Positions 58,195-64,000 of a stretch of DNA of 64,000 bases are shown here, piece after piece. The stretch lies in the NCBI GenBank assembly GCA_964035545.1, contig CAXIUT010000126.1:62001-126000 (forward strand), written 5' to 3'. The first letter of the stretch is position 1; each line of letters opens with the position of its first letter. The translations under genes were made by a program, and so were the position numbers. The DNA comes from Bugula neritina. Taxonomy: Eukaryota > Animalia > Bryozoa. Below the pieces are notes generated by a model. The model saw only the letters and a program-made list of their open reading frames with translations. It searched no databases and had not been told where the DNA came from.

Positions 58195-58349
58195 TCATCA
58201 AAGGTATTTAATAACACAAGGACATTAGAAAATGCCAAGGAGGCGATGATGAGGCCCATTGCGCTATAGCCTAGCTAGTCATGCGCGGGCCAACACGAGC
58301 TGACAGCGACTCTATCCAGAAAAATACAAAAAAATACAACTATTCTAAC
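58171..58349 (-). mobile_element. 5'-truncated non-LTR retroelement 3' end (179 bp, 3'UTR only); probably a CR1/L2-group LINE or a SINE sharing such a tail
   Basis: This is the only non-satellite sequence. The minus strand reads a T-rich segment, a GC-rich stem-loop, then AATAAA-CC-(AAAC)n. It is flanked by ATGTTT at 58165-58170 and 58350-58355, and empty-site copies read CAGTATGTTT|CCATATG. Short tandem-repeat tails and 3' stem-loops are established features of CR1/L2-group LINEs. The clade assignment is inference, as no coding sequence remains. Confidence 0.8.
58253..58291 (-). other. Predicted RNA stem-loop in the retroelement 3'UTR
   Basis: Minus strand GGCCC-GCGC-ATGAC-TAGC-TAG-GCTA-TA-GCGC-AAT-GGGCC gives three nested complementary pairs: GGCCC/GGGCC, GCGC/GCGC and TAGC/GCTA. 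Confidence 0.7.
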
Positions 58350-61300
58350 ATGTTTCCATATGTTACAGTGCATTTCAGCATGTTGCAGTATATTTCAGTG
58401 AGTTGCAGTGTATTTCAGTGTGCTACAGCATATTTCAGTATGTTACAGTATATTGCAATGTGTCGCAGTATATTTCAGTATGTTGCAGTATTTTTCAATG
58501 TGTTACAGTATATTTCATTAGTTTACCATATATTTCGGTGTGTTGCAGTATATTTCAATGTGTTGCAGTGTATTTCAATATGTTACAGTGTATTTCAGCA
58601 TGTTGTAGTTTTTTGCAGAATATTTTAGTGTGTTGCAGTGTACTTTAGTATTTTGCAGTATTTTTCAATGTGTTACAGTATATTTCGGTATATTACCGTA
58701 TATTTAGGTATGTTTCAGTATATTTCAATCTGTTGCAGTGTATTTCAATATGTTGTAGTATGTTGCAGTGTATTTCAGTATGTTACAGTGTATTTCAGTA
58801 TGTTGCAGTATATTTCAGTATGTTACAGTGTATTTCAGTATGTTGCAGTATATTTCAGTGTGTTACAGTGTATTTCAGTATGTTGTAGTATATTTCAGTG
58901 TGTTACAGTATATTTCAGTATGTTGCAGTATTTTTCAATGTGTTGCAGTGTATTTCAATATGTTACAGCGTATTTCAGTATGTTGCAGTGTATTTCAGTA
59001 TGTAGCAGGGTATTTCAGTATGTTGCAGTGCATTTCAGTATGCTACAGCATATTTCAGTATGTTGCAGTATATTGCAATGTGTCGCAGTATATTTCAGTA
59101 TGTTGCTGTATATTTCAATGTGTTACAGTATATTTCAGTAGTTTATCATACATTTCGGTACGTTGCAGTATATTTCAATGTGTTGCAGTGTATTTCAATA
59201 TGTTACAGTGTATTTCAGTATGTTGTAGTATTTTGCCGCGTATTTCAGTATGTTGCAGTATCTTGCAGTGTATTTCAGTATGTTGCAGTATTTTTCAATG
59301 TGTTACCGTATATTTCAGTATATTACCATATATTTAGGTATTTTGCAGTATATTTCAATGTGTTGCAGTGTATTTCAATATGTTCTAGTAATTTGTGGTG
59401 TATTTCAGTATGTTACAGTGTATTTCAGTATGTTGCAGTATGTTTCAATATGTTACAGTGTATTTCAGTATTTTGCAGTATATTTCAGTGAGTTGCAGTG
59501 TATTTCAGTGTGCTACAGCATATTTCAGTATGTTGCAGTATATTGCAATGTGTCGCAGTATGTTGCAGTATTTTTCAATGTGTTACAGTATATTTCAGTA
59601 GTTTACCATATATTTCGGTATGTTGCAGTATATTTCAATGTGTTGCAGTGTATATCAATATGTTACAGTGTATTTGAGCATGTTGTAGTATTTTGCAGTG
59701 TATTTCAGTATGTTACAGTGTATTTCAGTATGTTGCAGTATGTTTCAATATGTTACAGTGTATTTCAGTATTTTGCAGTATATTTCAGTGAGTTGCAGTG
59801 TATTTCAGTGTGCTACAGCATATTTCAGTATGTTACAGTATATTGCAATGTGTCGCAGTGTATTTCAGTATGTTGCAGTATTTTTCAAGGTGTTACAGTA
59901 TATTTCAGTAGTTTACCATATATTTCGGTATGTTGCAGTATATTTCAATGTGTTGCAGTGTATATCAATATGTTACAGTGTATTTGAGCATGTTGTAGTA
60001 TTTTGCAGTGTATTTCAGTGTGTTGCAGTGTATTTCAGTATTTTGCAGTATTTTTTAAATGTGTTACAGTGTATTTCGGTATATTACCGTATATTTAGGT
60101 ATGTCGCAGTATATTTCAGTATGTTGCCGTATGTTTCAGTGTGTTGCAGTATATTTCATTTAGTTGCAGTGTATTTCAATTTGTTCCAGTGTATGTCAGT
60201 ATAATGCAGTATGTTGCAGTGTGTTTCAGTATGTTACAGTGTATTTCAGTATGTTGCAGTATCTTGCAGTACATTTCAGTATGTTTTATTATGTAGCAGT
60301 GTATTTCAGTATGTTGCAATATATTTCAGTATGTTGCAGTATATTTCAGTGTGTTACTGTTTTTTCCAGTATGTTACAACACATTTCCGTATATTAAACT
60401 ATATTTCAGCGAGTTACAGTATATTTCAATGTGTTGCAGTGTATTGCAATATGTTACAGCGTATTTCGGTATGTTGCAGTGTGTTGCAGTGTAATTCAGT
60501 ATATTACATTGTATTTCAGTGTGTTGCAGTTCATTTCAATATGTAGCAGGGTATTTCAGTATAGTGCAGTGTATTTCAGTATGCTACAGCATATTTCAGT
60601 ATGTTGCAGTATATTGCAATGTGTCGCAGTATATTTCAGTATGTTGCAGTACGTTGCAGTATGTTTCAATATGTTACGGTGTATTTCAGTATGTTGCAGT
60701 ATTTTTCAATGTGTTAAAGTGTATTTCAGTAGTTTACCATATATTTCGGTATGTTGCAGTATATTTCAATGTGTTGCAGTGTATTTCAATATGTTACAGC
60801 GTATTTCAGTATGGTGCAGTGTATTTCAGTATGCAGCAGGGTATTTCAGTATGTTGCAGTGCATTTCGGTATGCTACAGCATATTTCAGTATGTTGCAGT
60901 ATATTGCAATGTGTCGCAGTATATTTCAGTATGTTGCTGTATATTTCAATGTGTTGCAGTATATTTCAGTATGTAGCAGTGTATTTCAGTATGTTGCAGT
61001 ATATTTCAGTGAGTTGCAGTAAATTTCAGTGTGCTACAACATATTTCAGTGTGTTACAGTATATTGCAATGTGTCGCAGTATATTTCAGTATGTTGCAGT
61101 ATTGTTCAATGTGTTACAGTATATTTCAGTAGTTTACCATACATTTCAGGACGTCGCAGTATATTTCAATGTGTTGCAGTGTATTTCAATATGTTACAGT
61201 GTATTTCAGTATGTTGTAGTATTTTGCGGCGTATTTCAGTATGTTGCAGTATCTTGCAGTATATTTCAGCATGTTGCAGTTATTTTCAATGTGTTACAGT

Positions 61301-64000
61301 ATGTTGCAGTATATTTCAATGTGTTGCAGTGTATTTCAATATGTTCTTGTGTTTTGCAGTGTATTTCAGTTTGTTACAGTGTATTTCAGTATGTTGCAGT
61401 ATGTTGCAGTATGTTTCAATATGTTTCAGTGTATTTCAGCATGTTGCAGTATATTTCAGTGAGTTGCAGTGTATTTCAGTGTGCTACAGCATATTTCAGT
61501 ATGTTACAGTATATTGCAATGTGTCGCAGTATATTTCAGTATGTTGCAATATTTTTCAATGTGTTACAGTATATTTCATTAGTTTACCATATATTTCGGT
61601 GTGTTGCAGTATATTTCAATGTGTTGCAGTGTATTTCAATATGTTGTAGTATGTTGCAGTGTATTTCAGTATGTTACAGTGTATTTCAGTATGTTGCAGT
61701 ATATTTCAGTATGTTACAGTGTATTTCAGTATGTTGCAGTATATTTCAGTGTGTTACAGTGTATTTCAGTATGTTGTAGTATATTTCAGTGTGTTACAGT
61801 ATATTTCAGTATGTTGCAGTATTTTTCAATGTGTTGCAGTGTATTTCAATATGTTACAGCGTATTTCAGTATGTTGCAGTGTATTTCAGTATGTAGCAGG
61901 GTATTTCAGTATGTTGCAGTGCATTTCAGTATGCTACAGCATATTTCAGTATGTTGCAGTATATTACAATGTGTCGCAGTATATTTCAGTATGTTACTGT
62001 ATATTTCAATGTGTTACAGTATATTTCAGTAGTTTACCATACATTTCGGTACGTTGCAGTATATTTCAATGTGTTGCAGTGTATTTCAGTATTTTGCAGT
62101 ATTTTTCAATGTGTTACAGTGTATTTCGGTATATTACCGTATATTTAAGTATGTCGCAGTATATTTCAGTATGTTGCCGTATGTTTCAGTGTGTTGCAGT
62201 ATATTTCATTTAGTTGCAGTGTATTTCAATTTGTTCCAGTGTATGTCAGTATAATGCAGTATGTTGCAGTGTGTTTCAGTATGTTACAGTGTATTTCAGT
62301 ATGTTGCAGTATCTTGCAGTACATTTCAGTATGTTTTAGTATGTAGCAGTGTATTTCAGTATGTTGCAGTATATTTCAGTATGTTGCAGTATATTTCAGT
62401 GTGTTACTGTTTTTTCCAGTATGTTACAACACATTTCCGTATATTAAACTATATTTCAGCGAGTTACAGTATATTTCAATGTGTTGCAGTGTATTGCAAT
62501 ATGTTACAGCGTATTTCGGTATGTTGCAGTGTGTTGCAGTGTAATTCAGTATATTACATTGTATTTCAGTGTGTTGCAGTTCATTTCAATATGTAGCAGG
62601 GTATTTCAGTATAGTGCAGTGTATTTCAGTATGCCACAGCATATTTCAGTATGTTGCAGTATATTGCAATGTGTCGCAGTATATTTCAGTATGTTGCTGT
62701 ATATTTCAATGTGTTGCAGTGTATATCAATATGTTACAGTGTATTTGAGCATGTTGTAGTATTTTGCGGCGTATTTCAGTATGTTGCAGTATCTTGCAGT
62801 ATATTTCAGCATGTTGCAGTTGTTTTCAATGTGTTACAGTATGTTTCAGTATATTACCGTATATTTAGGTATGTTGCAATATATTTCAATGTGTTGCAGT
62901 GTATTTCAATATGTTCTAGTGTTTTGCAGTGTATTTCAGTTTGTTACAGTGTATTTCAGTATGTTGCAGTTTGTTGCAGTATGTTTCCATATGTTACAGT
63001 GTATTTCAGCATGTTGCAGTATATTTCAGTGAGTTGCAGTGTATTTCAGTGTGCTACAGCATATTTCAGTATGTTACAGTATATTGCAATGTGTCGCAGT
63101 ATATTTCAGTATGTTGCAGTATTTTTCAATGTGTTACAGTATATTTCATTAGTTTACCATATATTTCGGTGTGTTGCAGTATATTTCAATGTGTTGCAGT
63201 GTATTTCAATATGTTACAGTGTATTTCAGCATGTTGTAGTTTTTTGCAGAATATTTCAGTGTGTTGCAGTGTACTTTAGTATTTTGCAGTATTTTTCAAT
63301 GTGTTACAGTATATTTCGGTATATTACCGTATATTTAAGTATGTCGCAGTATATTTCAGTATGTTGCCGTATGTTTCAGTGTGTTGCAGTATATTTCATT
63401 TAGTTGCAGTGTATTTCAATTTGTTCCAGTGTATGTCAGTATAATGCAGTATGTTGCAGTGTGTTTCAGTATGTTACAGTGTATTTCAGTATGTTGCAGT
63501 ATCTTGCAGTACATTTCAGTATGTTTTAGTATGTAGCAGTGTATTTCAGTATGTTGCAGTATATTTCAGTATGTTGCAGTATATTTCAGTGTGTTACTGT
63601 TTTTTCCAGTATGTTACAACACATTTCCGTATATTAAACTATATTTCAGCGAGTTACAGTATATTTCAATGTGTTGCAGTGTATTGCAATATGTTACAGC
63701 GTATTTCGGTATGTTGCAGTGTGTTGCAGTGTAATTCAGTATATTACATTGTATTTCAGTGTGTTGCAGTTCATTTCAATATGTAGCAGGGTATTTCAGT
63801 ATAGTGCAGTGTATTTCAGTATGCCACAGCATATTTCAGTATGTTGCAGTATATTGCAATGTGTCGCAGTATATTTCAGTATGTTGCTGTATATTTCAAT
63901 GTGTTGCAGTGTATATCAATATGTTACAGTGTATTTGAGCATGTTGTAGTATTTTGCGGCGTATTTCAGTATGTTGCAGTATCTTGCAGTATATTTCAGC
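58350..64000 (+). repeat. Continuation of the same 10/20-bp satellite array after the insertion; truncated by the window end
   Basis: Resumes with A-TGTTTCCATA TGTTACAGTG, the sequence that follows the empty site in other copies (42113, 52393, 57024, 62982). Confidence 0.99.

Larger units (their letters stand above)
52392..64000 (+). repeat. 5958-bp tandem higher-order duplication (5821-bp unit + 185-bp insertion - 48-bp deletion), containing an internal 1190-bp duplication
   Basis: Offsets 52712/58670, 54253/60211, 56303/62261 and 57493/63451 all equal 5958. 51672/57493 = 5821. 56303/57493 and 62261/63451 = 1190. Confidence 0.92.

Noticed and set aside
58171-58349. tRNA-derived SINE head, MITE or structured ncRNA gene
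   Set aside because: I could see no Pol III A/B boxes, cloverleaf or terminal inverted repeats. The polarity (AATAAA plus simple-repeat tail at one end) fits a retroposed 3' fragment better.
57883-58628. ORFs 57883-58269, 58013-58228 and 58281-58628 with non-repetitive peptide segments
   Set aside because: They are chance read-throughs between satellite and the antisense strand of the retroelement UTR, with no RT or endonuclease motifs.
58351-60050. The register returns exactly to the original phase after the insertion
   Set aside because: The cumulative shifts (+1, +1, -1, +1, +1, +2, +185) sum to a multiple of 10. This has about a 1 in 10 chance, and the phase shifts again at 60051.
3-63949. 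Hundreds of overlapping + strand ORFs (up to 501 aa, 3548-5053) encoding Cys/Tyr/Val/Gln/Ser-rich repeats such as YFSMLQYISVCCSIFQYVAV
   Set aside because: The 20-bp consensus has no TAA/TAG/TGA on the + strand, and 20 is not a multiple of 3, so the same 20-aa peptide appears in all three frames. ORF ends are just variant monomers that create stops. The minus strand has TGA in every TACTGAAATA monomer, which explains the lack of - ORFs. No frame preference or domain is visible.
1-64000. CRISPR array or other repeat-spacer system
   Set aside because: There are no unique spacers between repeats, the repeats are contiguous degenerate 10-mers, and there are no cas genes.
1-64000. Telomeric repeat or telomerase product
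   Set aside because: There are no G-runs typical of telomeric repeats, and variants are inherited in kb-scale blocks, indicating recombinational amplification rather than templated addition.
1-64000. Identification with a named satellite (for example Drosophila 10-bp Prodsat AATAACATAG, human HSat or alpha satellite)
   Set aside because: Neither strand of the monomer matches those consensus sequences. I cannot assign a family or species without a database search.

Overview
The window is almost entirely one eukaryotic-type tandem satellite array, with no recognisable genes. The monomer is 10 bp (consensus TRTTDCAGTR). Two types, TATTTCAGTA and TGTTRCAGTR, mostly alternate as a 20-bp dimer, all head-to-tail on one strand. 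Diagnostic variant monomers reveal nested higher-order repeats (HORs): an old module of about 0.46-0.63 kb, local duplications of 0.28-2.3 kb, and young near-identical duplications at offsets of 6410, 9220, 10280/10301 and 5958 bp. The array splits into a left sub-family (1 to about 31.6 kb, unbroken 10-bp register up to 33230) and a right sub-family (about 35-64 kb), joined by a mosaic zone. The only non-satellite DNA is a 179-bp insertion at 58171-58349 on the minus strand. It looks like the 3' end of a 5'-truncated non-LTR retroelement (stem-loop, AATAAA, (AAAC)n tail, apparent ATGTTT target-site duplication), and several empty-site copies are present in the array. The ORFs in the track are translation artefacts of a stop-free repeat. 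I found no evidence for a novel protein-coding system. The interest lies in satellite architecture and the retro-insertion. Differences between copies were found by eye and are not exhaustive, and the organism cannot be identified from this window.
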